DNA from: an uncultured Methanomicrobiales archaeon
Lineage (GTDB): Archaea > Halobacteriota > Methanomicrobia > Methanomicrobiales > Methanospirillaceae
DNA length: 64,000 nt
Direction: 5' to 3'
NCBI GenBank assembly: GCA_963697895.1
Contig: OY969100.1
Location: 1,088,001-1,152,000 of the forward strand
Positions 49,722-59,427 of this stretch are shown here, piece by piece; the stretch's first letter is position 1; each line of letters starts with the position of its first letter. The position numbers and the translations under genes were made by a program. The notes under the pieces were generated by a model, which saw only the letters and a program-made list of their open reading frames with translations, did not search any database and was not told the origin of the DNA.

Positions 49722-51869
49722 CTATTCTGCTATCCCCATGCCCTTCAGCGGCGGGGGATAATATATGTCCCCGACCCCGGGGAGCGGGATCGTGACGATC
49801 GTCGTATTGATATCGTCGAGGGAGTTCGCCTTGATCTGTTTTGCCGAGAGCGTGTAGAGGACGTTTCCGATATAGAGGGACCGTTTCACGTCGGATGCCG
49901 ACCCGCCGTAGTAGTAGTACCCGTTGTCGCCCGTCCCGTGCTGGACCGTTCCCCGGAGCGTAAACCCGGTCTCCGGCGTGAGGCCGAAGACGTACGCCCC
50001 GTACCATGCCTGCGGCTGGTAGTTGTAATAGTCCGGCTTCGTGACCGGGGCCATCGATACCGCCCGGACCGGGATCACGAGGAGGTTCTTCCCCTTGTCG
50101 AAGAGGAACGCGTGGTGGTCGGTAAGGGCCGCCGAGTCCGAGCCGGCATCCCCGATCTGGACCGTATCGATCTGCTTCGGGTTCGCCACGTCGGAGACAT
50201 CGAAGAGGGCGAGCTTCACCCCCGAGGTCGAGACCCCGCCCCAGTCGTTCGTCGTCGTCTCCTTGCCGATCCCGATGATATGCGTCGCGTCGTACGGGTG
50301 CAGGTAATCTGAGTAGCCCGGGATCTTGAGCTTCCCGAGGATCGCCGGGGCCTCCGGCTTCGAGAGGTCGATCACGAAGAACGGGTCGATCCGCTTGAAC
50401 GTCACCATGTAGAGCCGGTCGCCGATGAACCGGGTCGAATAGATCGATTCCTGCTCGGCGATATGAGTGAGGGAGCCTATCGTCTTCATCCCCCCGTCGA
50501 GGACATACACGTTGTTGTAGGTATACTGCCCCGCCCGGGTATAGACGCTGGAAGTCGTCGCCAGGCGGAGGTTGTTGTTGTACTCGTCCATCGAGAACTG
50601 GTTGTCGAGGACCCCCGGAACCTCGCCCTTCGCGGCGTACGTGATCTTCCCGTCCTGTATCGCGATCTTGTGGACCACGGTCGTCGTCTGGTCGGCTTCC
50701 TGCCGCCGGATCGCCTCCTCCTCACCGCTCCGGAGACTGCTGATGACAGACTGCCGCTGGTCCTCCGAGAGGGTGTTGAAGTCGGACGGGACCGCGGATG
50801 GTGAAGAGCCGGATGATATCCCCGTGGATCCGCCGGAACCCGCACCCCGGCTGACCGGCTGCGGCGGGAGGACCCCGCCATTCATCGGGTAGACGACCGG
50901 GTGGTACCGCGGGTAACTCACGTACATCGCGTCCGTCGAGACATAGATGACGTTCCCGCTCCCGAGCAGGTAGGTCTGGGCGTCTTTCTCGTTCCCTGTC
51001 CCGGCATCGATCGCGGTGATCGTGGTGAAGGTGTACTGCTGCTCCGGGTTGTCGAAGTACCAGACATCGGGCCGGACCACGGTCGTCGTCCCTTCCCGGA
51101 GGGCGGGGACGATGATCGGTTCGTTGTAATACGGGTAGATCTGCTCCCGGGTGACCATGTACACGGTGGAGCCGATCATCCGGGCATCGGCATAATCGCC
51201 GTCGATCGAGTAGTCCTTCAGCACCCGGGGGTTTGCCCGGTCGCTGATATCGTAGATGACCGCGTGAGTAACCGGCGTATACGGCTGGTACCGGGGCATG
51301 TACGCGAGCCCCGGTTCAGGGGACGAAGGGGTGCTCACGTCGGTTCCCCACCCGACTGAAAAAAGGACGAGCCGGTCCCCGGTGACGAAGAGGTCCTTCG
51401 GGGTATCGGCGATCTCCGTCTTTGAGATGACCGATGCGTTCGCGGCCGGGTAGGCATCGACGATCGTAAGCGTCGATCCCGAGATCGTGTAGATGTACCG
51501 GGCATCGTTCTTCACGATATCCGGTTCATCGACCCCGACGACCTGCACGTTCGTCTGCGAGTAGTCGACCGGGACTCCCAACGCCGGTGCCGGGATGACC
51601 AACCCGGTCCCTCCCGCTTCCTGGTTCTTTGTCGCCAGGGACGAGGCGGTGGACGGTACCGCCGTCATGGGGATGGTCCGGTAGTACCCGGTCTCCTGGT
51701 CTGTTGCGGTCGTGTTCCGGATATACTCCTCGATCTCGGCGGTCGAGGTGAACTTCTTCAGGCCCGATCCTTCGGGTGGCGTGGCGGTCGCGTTCATGCA
51801 CCCGGCGGCAAGGATGGCGATGAACGCGAGCGAGGCGAGCACGATCAGGATTGTTCTGGTATGCGTCAT
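49722..51869 (-). CDS. Beta-propeller domain secreted lipoprotein (Beta_propel family)
   Basis: LAAGC lipobox; YSQTNVQV.GVDEPDIVK, NQFSMDEY, YSTRF.GDR.Y.VTF..IDP, LKIPGYS.YLHP. Confidence 0.92.
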   Translation of the reverse strand: MTHTRTILIVLASLAFIAILAAGCMNATATPPEGSGLKKFTSTAEIEEYIRNTTATDQETGYYRTIPMTAVPSTASSLATKNQEAGGTGLVIPAPALGVPVDYSQTNVQVVGVDEPDIVKNDARYIYTISGSTLTIVDAYPAANASVISKTEIADTPKDLFVTGDRLVLFSVGWGTDVSTPSSPEPGLAYMPRYQPYTPVTHAVIYDISDRANPRVLKDYSIDGDYADARMIGSTVYMVTREQIYPYYNEPIIVPALREGTTTVVRPDVWYFDNPEQQYTFTTITAIDAGTGNEKDAQTYLLGSGNVIYVSTDAMYVSYPRYHPVVYPMNGGVLPPQPVSRGAGSGGSTGISSGSSPSAVPSDFNTLSEDQRQSVISSLRSGEEEAIRRQEADQTTTVVHKIAIQDGKITYAAKGEVPGVLDNQFSMDEYNNNLRLATTSSVYTRAGQYTYNNVYVLDGGMKTIGSLTHIAEQESIYSTRFIGDRLYMVTFKRIDPFFVIDLSKPEAPAILGKLKIPGYSDYLHPYDATHIIGIGKETTTNDWGGVSTSGVKLALFDVSDVANPKQIDTVQIGDAGSDSAALTDHHAFLFDKGKNLLVIPVRAVSMAPVTKPDYYNYQPQAWYGAYVFGLTPETGFTLRGTVQHGTGDNGYYYYGGSASDVKRSLYIGNVLYTLSAKQIKANSLDDINTTIVTIPLPGVGDIYYPPPLKGMGIAE

Positions 51870-52308
51870 AATCAATAACGAGATCATGGGGGGTCAGGCA
51901 CATCAATCTGGCGTTAACTGCGAAAATTTTCATAGTTTGCGGGAACGGCAGATCCTTTTTGTTACATTCTCTCGATCTCCTCTTCCGGTTCGGAAGGAGA
52001 ATGCTCCCACATCTGGAAAAATAACAGCGCCCGATAGAGCCCCTGTCCATCTTGTCAGGAACCTGTGGTATCATGTACTCGACGAGATTACGGTTCCCGT
52101 AGATATGCCACATCACGGGCACCTTTCCGGTACCCGGATAAGATATGATTCCCCATATTCCTGTCACACGACGGGGATCGCGTTCTTTCAGAATACGCCT
52201 GTCAATGGTCGCCTTTATTTTGCGCCTGATCAAGGGATCCTGGATTATTCTGGTACCCTGGAATGCGTATCGCCATTTTTTGTGCCTCCTCAATATGACC
52301 GGTTGTCT

Positions 52309-53637
52309 TCAGCTACCCGAATCCCCCTCGTTTCCCCGTTTCTTCCGCTCCTCGATGATGCCATAGAAGATCACCCCGGTGAGGATGAAGATCGCTCCGA
52401 GGGAGAGCGCCTGGACCCCGAGGGAGACCATCACGACGATGGAGAGGACGAGCGAGACGACCTGGACCCACGGGTAGAGCGGCGACCGGAACTTACCCGG
52501 GACCGCCCGCTGGCGGAGGATGATCACCGCCGCCCCGGTCAGCGCGTACGAGAAGATCACCCCGAAGTTGGAGGCGAGCGCGATGAACTTCAGGTTCCCG
52601 AGGGAGAGCGAGGCGACGGTCCCGGCCCCGATGACGATCACCGCAATTTTGGGTGAATCCCCGGAGAATCCGCCGATCCATCGGGGGAACATCCCGTCCT
52701 CGCTCATCTGGAGGAGCGTCCGGGAGCCGGCGGTGATGAGGGAGATTGTCACCGAGATCGTCGCGACGATCGCCACGACGGCGACGATGGTGCTGATGAC
52801 GGGAGGGGCATTCGAGAAGTCGAGGGCATTCTGGAGAGGGTTTGCCGCAAGGGTGTACCCCGTCCAGGGCATGAGCGCGAGCAACCCGAGCACGACGAGG
52901 ATATAGAGGAGCATGCTCACCCCGAGCGAGATCAGGATCGCTTTCGGCACGTTCACCGGGCCGTCCTCTACCTCCGGGGTGAGGGTCGCGACCGTGTTGA
53001 ACCCCGAGTAGGCGAAGAAGGCGAGGGAGGCGGCCGTGATGATGCTGGCCGGGCCGAACGGGACGAGCGGGGTGAACCGGTCTGCGGTCCAGGAACCGTA
53101 CACGAGGGCCGCAGCAATGAAGATCGCGAGTCCCGCGACCGTGATGAAGACCAGGTATTTCTCTGTCCGGGCAACGAACCGCAGGCCGCGGTAGTTCAGG
53201 TAAGTGACGATCACGATCAACGCGATCGCGAGGACGAGGAGGAGCACCGGATCGGCGGGGAGCTTCACGAGCGAGGAGAGGTAAGAGGCAAACCCGAGTG
53301 CGACGGCGGAGGCGGCGATCGCGTAGGAGATCGCCCGCAGCCAGCCGACGAGGAACCCCGGTCCGTCCCCCATGCTCACCCGGACAAAGGAGTAGAGCCC
53401 GCCATGGGTGACGACCTTCGACGAGAGCTCGGCGCTGTTCAGCGCAACGGTGGTCGCGAGGACGGCGGTCAGCACAAAGGCGAGGATCGCCCCCGGCCCG
53501 GAGATATTGATGACCGTCCCGGCGAGGACGAAGATCCCGGCGCCGATGATGTTTCCGAGGCCGATGTATGCCGCCTGCCACATCGTGATCAGGGGTGGCT
53601 TCTTCGCTCCTTTTACCTGAACGGGCGCTGCGGGCAT
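52309..53637 (-). CDS. APC family amino acid permease
   Basis: GNIIGAGIF, GGLYSF, FFAYSGF......EV..GP.NVPKA, FRSPLYP. Confidence 0.92.
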   Translation of the reverse strand: MPAAPVQVKGAKKPPLITMWQAAYIGLGNIIGAGIFVLAGTVINISGPGAILAFVLTAVLATTVALNSAELSSKVVTHGGLYSFVRVSMGDGPGFLVGWLRAISYAIAASAVALGFASYLSSLVKLPADPVLLLVLAIALIVIVTYLNYRGLRFVARTEKYLVFITVAGLAIFIAAALVYGSWTADRFTPLVPFGPASIITAASLAFFAYSGFNTVATLTPEVEDGPVNVPKAILISLGVSMLLYILVVLGLLALMPWTGYTLAANPLQNALDFSNAPPVISTIVAVVAIVATISVTISLITAGSRTLLQMSEDGMFPRWIGGFSGDSPKIAVIVIGAGTVASLSLGNLKFIALASNFGVIFSYALTGAAVIILRQRAVPGKFRSPLYPWVQVVSLVLSIVVMVSLGVQALSLGAIFILTGVIFYGIIEERKKRGNEGDSGS

Positions 53638-53744
53638 CGCTGACTCGATCGGTAGCGAAACTATTTAGAGTTGATGAAGATCATCCGTCTGCCATCAGGA
53701 CAAGGTCAGCTCTAGTGCTGGTGTAAAGGGGAATGCACCCCTCA

Positions 53745-54080
53745 CTATGCGACCGCTCCGCCAATCACTCCGCCGATCAGACCGAGGATCCCGCTGTAGA
53801 TGCCCAGGATCACGAGCAGCGCCGCTATTCCCAGTCCCCCGAGGAACCCGAGCAGGCCGAGGAAGATGGTCCCGCCGATGACCACGAGGATCCCGATGAC
53901 CAGCGCCCCGAATATCCCGGCCACGAACCCGGCCTTTGCCCCGTTCCAGGTACCGCCTTTGGCGACGATCCCGGCCACGAATCCCCCGATGAGGTGGTTG
54001 ATCACCGGAAGGAAGAAGAGCACGACCATCACGATGAACCCGAGCACGACCCCGAGCCAGAAATTGCCCTGCTTTGCCAT
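53745..54080 (-). CDS. DUF5518 family Gly-rich membrane protein
   Basis: LIGGFVAG.VA.GG..NGAKAGF.AG.FG repeats. Confidence 0.8.
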   Translation of the reverse strand: MAKQGNFWLGVVLGFIVMVVLFFLPVINHLIGGFVAGIVAKGGTWNGAKAGFVAGIFGALVIGILVVIGGTIFLGLLGFLGGLGIAALLVILGIYSGILGLIGGVIGGAVA

Positions 54081-54381
54081 CGGAAAATGATAGGTAGGAA
54101 GGGCGTTAAAGATTTCCGGAATACTCCGGGGAGAAACGGTCCGGGGAATACGATCTCCGGAACTCCGGTTTCACCGGTGAGGACCGTTCCCGGTCGTTCC
54201 GAGTTCCCGAACCCGGTTTGTTTCAGCGCTGAAGAACGATCCAGGTCTCCCTGGTATCAAAAAAACCCTGTTGGCCAGCGGAGAATGCTCCTCAAGACCA
54301 GGTATCCGTTGAATGCAGGAATTCCGCGGGAATAATCCGAAAAGGAAACGTTTATGCTTCCTTGTGCCGATGGAGCCGGTC

Positions 54382-55194
54382 ATGGTACCTACTATCCTGG
54401 TCACCGGATCCACGGACGGGATCGGGAGAGCGACGGCGGCCGAACTTACCCGGCAGGGAGCCAGGGTGATCATCCACGGCAGGAGCCGGGCAAAGGCACG
54501 GGTCGTCCAGCGGGAATTACAGGAGATCTCCAACGGGGAGAAGACGGATATGTTCATCGCCGATCTTTCCGACCCGGACGAGATCCGTGGGATGGCAGAA
54601 GAGATCTCCTCGGTATACACCCGTCTCGACGTCCTGGTTAATGACGCGGGGACCTACCAGGCGACCCGGAACCTGACCGCCGGAGGCGTGGAGATGACCT
54701 TCGCGGTGAACTACCTTGCCCCGTTCCTCCTTACCAACCTGCTCCTTCCCCTGCTCCGGGCGAGCACCCCGTCCCGGATCGTGACCGTCGCATCGAGCGC
54801 CCACGAGGATGTCCCCCGGATAGACTGGGAGAACCTCCCGGGGATGCCCCGCTACGACCCGTGGGAAGCGTACTGCCTCTCGAAGTTTGCGGACATCACG
54901 TTCACGTACCAGCTTGCCGGGCAGCTCGAAGGGACCGGCGTGACCGCGAACTGCCTCCATCCCGGCGTGGTCGATACCAAACTCCTCCGGACCGCGTTCC
55001 CGGGGATGCAGGGGATCTCCCCGGAAGACGGTGCACGCACTTCGGTTTACCTGGCCCTCTCGCCCGAAGTGGCCGGCATATCCGGGCAATATTTCGAGGA
55101 GATGCGGCCGGCAAAATCGACGGCACTGACCCACGACCGGACCGTGCAGAAGAGGCTGTGGGATATGGCAGAAGATCTGACCGGGTTGAAGTGA
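54382..55194 (+). CDS. Short-chain dehydrogenase/reductase (retinol dehydrogenase/WWOX-like)
   Basis: TGSTDGIG, LVNDAG, AVNYLAPF, YCLSK, HPGVVDT. Confidence 0.93.
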   Translation: MVPTILVTGSTDGIGRATAAELTRQGARVIIHGRSRAKARVVQRELQEISNGEKTDMFIADLSDPDEIRGMAEEISSVYTRLDVLVNDAGTYQATRNLTAGGVEMTFAVNYLAPFLLTNLLLPLLRASTPSRIVTVASSAHEDVPRIDWENLPGMPRYDPWEAYCLSKFADITFTYQLAGQLEGTGVTANCLHPGVVDTKLLRTAFPGMQGISPEDGARTSVYLALSPEVAGISGQYFEEMRPAKSTALTHDRTVQKRLWDMAEDLTGLK

Positions 55195-55276
55195 ACGGGT
55201 ACTATCAGGAGTGCTTCGGGAATTCAAATTCTTATTGAAGCGTAACGTTGCATTCGTGACGTGTATCAGGTTCGCG

Positions 55277-55768
55277 TTAAAAATCCCCGCCTTTTTGAAT
55301 TTTGATAAAAACTCCGTCGTTGCGTTCTTCGATGATTATTCTGTTCATTATTTCACGCCTGATATGTTCCGGAAGACGCTGTGACTGCCAGTTCAGTTCC
55401 CTGGCAATTTCTTCCCCGGCATTCACTGGATTGGCCGCTGCGACCGCTTTAAGGGCGTAATGCGCACCCCCGTAGGCATGCTGGGGGACATGTGCCGTTG
55501 CCACCGCCTGGCCTGCTGCACGCGCTGCAAAACAGGCCGCCTTATTTTCTTTCGCTTCGCGGGCGGCAGCATGAGCGGCAAGAGCAGCTCCCCGTATCTC
55601 AGCAATACGAAACACCCCTGTACGGACCCATGCCCGACATGCTTCGATAGCTCTGCGTGGACGTTCGTCCTTCGGATATGCCTTCTCAAACAGGGGAAGT
55701 ACCCGCTCGGCACAGTCCGCAGCCCATGCTGCCATCAATCTCTGGTCTTGCGTGCTGTATTTTTTCAT
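55277..55768 (-). CDS. Imm-5-like putative immunity protein
   Basis: WAADCAERVL..FE...P.D.RPR.AI...R.W, AARAAGQAVATAHV..HA, E..WQ..RLP. Confidence 0.85.
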   Translation of the reverse strand: MKKYSTQDQRLMAAWAADCAERVLPLFEKAYPKDERPRRAIEACRAWVRTGVFRIAEIRGAALAAHAAAREAKENKAACFAARAAGQAVATAHVPQHAYGGAHYALKAVAAANPVNAGEEIARELNWQSQRLPEHIRREIMNRIIIEERNDGVFIKIQKGGDF

Positions 55769-55913
55769 GGATACCTAACAGGAAGATACCCGCGAGAACT
55801 CCCGCGTTTACAGAGCATTCACGCTCAGCATCTTCATCCTGTTCACATCCGGATACCTGTCCGGCGGGATCGGGAGTTCCCGACCCGGGAACGCCACCGG
55901 AATGAGATGCAAA

Positions 55914-57347
55914 TCATACCCCTCCGGTCCCGGGGATCCCCAGGTCCTTCCGGGCGAGCCCGCGTTTTATGAGGATTATCGCGAGGATCACGGCAGGAAT
56001 GAGGAATAATTCCGCGGCGAACAGGGCTGCATGGTACCCCTGGACGGTTATTACGCTCGTACTGCCGGTGGACCGGGCGATCCCGGTGAGGACCACGCTC
56101 GCAACACTTACCCCGATCGCCGCCCCGATCTGCTGGGCGGTGGTGAGCAGCCCGGCCGCGAGTCCCTGCCGCTCATGCACCACCCCGGTCGTCCCGGCGA
56201 TGTTTAAGGAAACGACGGTGGAAACAAGGCCGAGTGCCGTGGCATAATAGTACGCCATCAGGAGGATGATCGAGGAGCTGCTCCCGAGCGTTGCGAGAGC
56301 GAGCATGCCACTGGCGAAGAGGGAAAGCCCGATGATGATCATGAGCCGGTACCCGATACGCCGGATAATCCGGGGGGCCAGCGTCGCACCCGAAAGACCG
56401 CCGAGCCCCGCCGGGATGAATATCAGGCCGGTCTCCAGCGGCGAGAAACCCCGGACTTCCTGAAGGAAGAGCGTCATGACAAAAACGAGCGCTGCGTTGG
56501 CCGCGAACGTAAGGAACATGATCATGTCGGATATGGCGATCAGCCTCCGCCGGAAGATATCGAACGGCACGAGAGGGATAGCGGCACGCCGTTCCACGTA
56601 CACGAAACTGATCACGAGGGCTATCGACAGGGCAAGGAGGATCGCGAGGAAATAGGGTGATTCGCCGGGATAGGATGCCTCGGTGATGGCGTAGATGACG
56701 AGGAGGAGGGATGTGGTGATCAGCACGGCCCCCGTTATATCGAAGCCTCTCTTCTGTTGTTTCGCCCCGGATCCCGGGAGCACGAATATTCCCGCGATGA
56801 TGACAAACGCCCCGATGGGGACGTTGACAAAGAAGACCCAGTGCCAGGAGAGGGCGCTCGTCAGGATCCCCCCGAGGATCACGCCGACCGTAAAGCCGAT
56901 GGCGGCCATGGAACCGAAGATTCCGAGCGCCGCATTCCGCTCGTGGCCTTCCCGGAAGGTCGTGGTGACCAGGGAGAGCGCCGTCGGGGAGAGCATGGCC
57001 GCCCCGATCCCCTGTATCGCCCGCGAGATAAAGATCATCTCCGCGGAAAAGGCAAATCCCCCGAGCAGCGACGCCAGGGAAAAGACGGTCAGCCCCGCGA
57101 TGAAGACCGATTTCCGCCTGAAGATATCGGAAGCCCTACCCCCGAGGAGCAGGAACCCGCCGAAGGTCAGGGCATAGGCGCTGACGACCCACTGGAGTTC
57201 GATGGGTGCCAGCTGGAACTGGGCCTGGATGGACGGCAGGGCGACGTTCACGATCGAGAAGTCGAGGACTATCATCAGCTGGGCGAGGGAGAGGATCACC
57301 AGGATCAGGCGAAGCCGCTGCGGGCGGCCCGGTACTTCTTCGGGCAC
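55914..57347 (-). CDS. DHA2 (EmrB/QacA) 14-TM MFS drug efflux transporter
   Basis: LDFSIVNVALPSI, WVVSAYAL.FGG.LL.GGR, RAIQGIG, W.WVFFVNVPIG; GTG start at 57347 inferred. Confidence 0.92.
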   Translation of the reverse strand: MPEEVPGRPQRLRLILVILSLAQLMIVLDFSIVNVALPSIQAQFQLAPIELQWVVSAYALTFGGFLLLGGRASDIFRRKSVFIAGLTVFSLASLLGGFAFSAEMIFISRAIQGIGAAMLSPTALSLVTTTFREGHERNAALGIFGSMAAIGFTVGVILGGILTSALSWHWVFFVNVPIGAFVIIAGIFVLPGSGAKQQKRGFDITGAVLITTSLLLVIYAITEASYPGESPYFLAILLALSIALVISFVYVERRAAIPLVPFDIFRRRLIAISDMIMFLTFAANAALVFVMTLFLQEVRGFSPLETGLIFIPAGLGGLSGATLAPRIIRRIGYRLMIIIGLSLFASGMLALATLGSSSSIILLMAYYYATALGLVSTVVSLNIAGTTGVVHERQGLAAGLLTTAQQIGAAIGVSVASVVLTGIARSTGSTSVITVQGYHAALFAAELFLIPAVILAIILIKRGLARKDLGIPGTGGV

Positions 57348-57555
57348 AGGATACCATGAGCGAGCGGGCGGTATATATTCTGCGAAAAACCGGCCGGCGT
57401 GGTGGGCGTCACCCGGAAATGGATGCGGACATCCCCACTGATCTGGTTCTTTTCCGCTAGCTCGTCCCACAACCAGGGTCCCTGTCTGGGTATGACAATC
57501 TGCCCGTACAAAAAGCCCATGATATTATCCGTCCACCGGAACCGGGCCTATTTCG

Positions 57556-57834
57556 CTATTTCTCCGGTTCCGTCCCGGTGGTCGCCAGGGTCCTGCCGAT
57601 GTTCCGGTAGAACCGCCAGTGGAGGGCGATGTGAAGTATGACGAGCAGAGCAAAGACGATGCTCGTAACATCGTGCATCCGGAGCCATTGCGCCCGGCTG
57701 ATCCCGGCAAACAGGGCCCGGCCCGGGGTCCCGGATGGCAGGGCCCGAAGGAGGACGGTACCGGAGACGAGGGACGGGATGAAGAAGATGAGTGCAGCAA
57801 GGTCGGTGATTGCGTTAACCTGGACTTTTTTCAT
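57556..57834 (-). CDS. DUF4405 family small membrane protein
   Basis: SLVSG, W..MHD..SI.F.LL..LH..LHW. Confidence 0.8.
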   Translation of the reverse strand: MKKVQVNAITDLAALIFFIPSLVSGTVLLRALPSGTPGRALFAGISRAQWLRMHDVTSIVFALLVILHIALHWRFYRNIGRTLATTGTEPEK

Positions 57835-58008
57835 ATATCCTGCTGTACCTGCACCACGATAAAAAGGAGGTGTTGATGAACAGAGGGTATGCCCGGAATG
57901 ATGGGGACGGACGAAAGGGGCTGTTTACCGTTTGTGTCCCGCACCATATCCGGATAAATCCGGGAAGAGCGGAACAAATAAATAGCAACTCAACGAAAAA
58001 GACCGGAT

Positions 58009-58179
58009 ATGGCAATGAGCTGGCTTTTGACACTGGGAATTATCTTCCTCGTCATCGCGATAATCCTGATCATCCTCGGGTTCCTGGGGAGAATTGCATG
58101 GACAATATTGAAGTGGGTGATAATCATCCTCATAATTCTCGCCATTCTCTCCTATTTCTTTAATATCACCTTCTTTTGA
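58009..58179 (+). CDS. 56-aa two-TM microprotein (DUF1328-like; not in ORF track)
   Basis: MAMSWLLTLGIIFLVIAIILIILGFLGRIAWTILKWVIIILIILAILSYFFNITFF, followed by oligo-T. Confidence 0.7.
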   Translation: MAMSWLLTLGIIFLVIAIILIILGFLGRIAWTILKWVIIILIILAILSYFFNITFF

Positions 58180-58298
58180 TCAATTTTTTTTACCGGATGT
58201 GAATAGTATTCCATGCTCGTCCCTGGGAATAGTCAGATCCCCCCCGGTTCCGGAACATCGCAAAAACTTTAATCCTCCCGCTGCCGCAGTATGACGGC

Positions 58299-58766
58299 AT
58301 GGGAATGAAGGAGAATTTTACCGCCGAAGAGTGGAAGAACCTGGTCGCCCTCCCGTATGCGGTCTCGATGACGATCATCGCCGCAGCACCGAACGTCATG
58401 GGGATCTGGAGCGAGACGAAGACCATGATGCAGGAACCGCCGGTCCTCGCATCTTCGAGCGGCAGCGATCTTGCCGGACTTATCGTCGCCGATGCACAGC
58501 CGATGCTCAAGGAACTGGTAAAAGAGCAGCAGAACCTGTGGAAACAGGACCAGGCAGGATACCGGACTAAGATCATTGCCGCCTGTACATCCGCTGCCTC
58601 TGCTCTCGCCAGGGTTCCCCCCGAGGAGGCGCTCGCCTACAAGAAATGGGTCCTTGCCATCGGCATGAAGGTCGCCGAGGCATCAAAGGAGCACGGGGTT
58701 GCGGTCAGCGACCCGGAGAAGGCGGCTCTTGCCGAGATCTCCGCGGCACTCGGCGTCAGTGGATAG
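58299..58766 (+). CDS. Conserved hypothetical helical protein
   Basis: FT.EEW..L...P, EEA.AYK.W...I...VAEASKE, VS..EKAAL.EI..AL. Confidence 0.75.
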   Translation: MGMKENFTAEEWKNLVALPYAVSMTIIAAAPNVMGIWSETKTMMQEPPVLASSSGSDLAGLIVADAQPMLKELVKEQQNLWKQDQAGYRTKIIAACTSAASALARVPPEEALAYKKWVLAIGMKVAEASKEHGVAVSDPEKAALAEISAALGVSG

Positions 58767-58869
58767 AGGAGACTCCTCCTTTTTTCAGGCGGTCCGTATT
58801 CATTTCTGCAGGATAATCCGCATCGGTGAGGGTCCGATCTCGTATCCCTTTTCGAAGTCCTGAAATCCC

Positions 58870-59238
58870 TTATCTGGCCTTGGGATCTTCTTCATAGAGC
58901 CCGAACCTGTTCCCCTCCGTGTCCTCGCAGTTGATAAGGAAACCCATCCCGGGAACCGCCATCTTTTCGGAGATTAAGCTTCCCCCAAGACTTTTCACCT
59001 TTTTCGCGGCGGCTTCGAGGGAAGATACCCCGAAGTAATTCATCATCCGCTGCGAAGGTTCCATACGCTTTCCCATTCCGCCTCCGACCCCCGGCGTTCC
59101 GTCCAGGTTCGTCGTGGTAATGAGGCTGTACTGCATATCAGGGAATAATTCGAATTTCCATCCGAACAGCCCGGTGTAGAATTTCTTCGCTCTCCCGGTA
59201 TCTTCTGCGGGTATGTCAAAATGGACGATTGCTGGCAT
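58870..59238 (-). CDS. VOC/glyoxalase family protein
   Basis: HFDIPAED..RAKKFY..LFGW, VPGMG....C.DTEGN.FGL.E. Confidence 0.92.
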   Translation of the reverse strand: MPAIVHFDIPAEDTGRAKKFYTGLFGWKFELFPDMQYSLITTTNLDGTPGVGGGMGKRMEPSQRMMNYFGVSSLEAAAKKVKSLGGSLISEKMAVPGMGFLINCEDTEGNRFGLYEEDPKAR

Positions 59239-59427
59239 CAGACTTCACCACCCCTGATACGGATGATCTGAATAATATACATTTCCCTTCAAAACGCCTG
59301 GACTGAAAGCATAAATGGTCCTGCATTCTTGCTCAAACCCGACCGGGGAAGATTAAGTAGGCACGGGAATCGGAGTTCATCCGTGCAATAGAGGGCTTTT
59401 GGAACCCTCTTACGTTCGGGGAAAAAA

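Noticed and set aside
57347-57357. Possible frameshift at the MFS N-terminus (ATG at 57357 is out of frame by one base)
   Set aside because: An in-frame GTG at 57347 gives a complete protein, so no frameshift is needed
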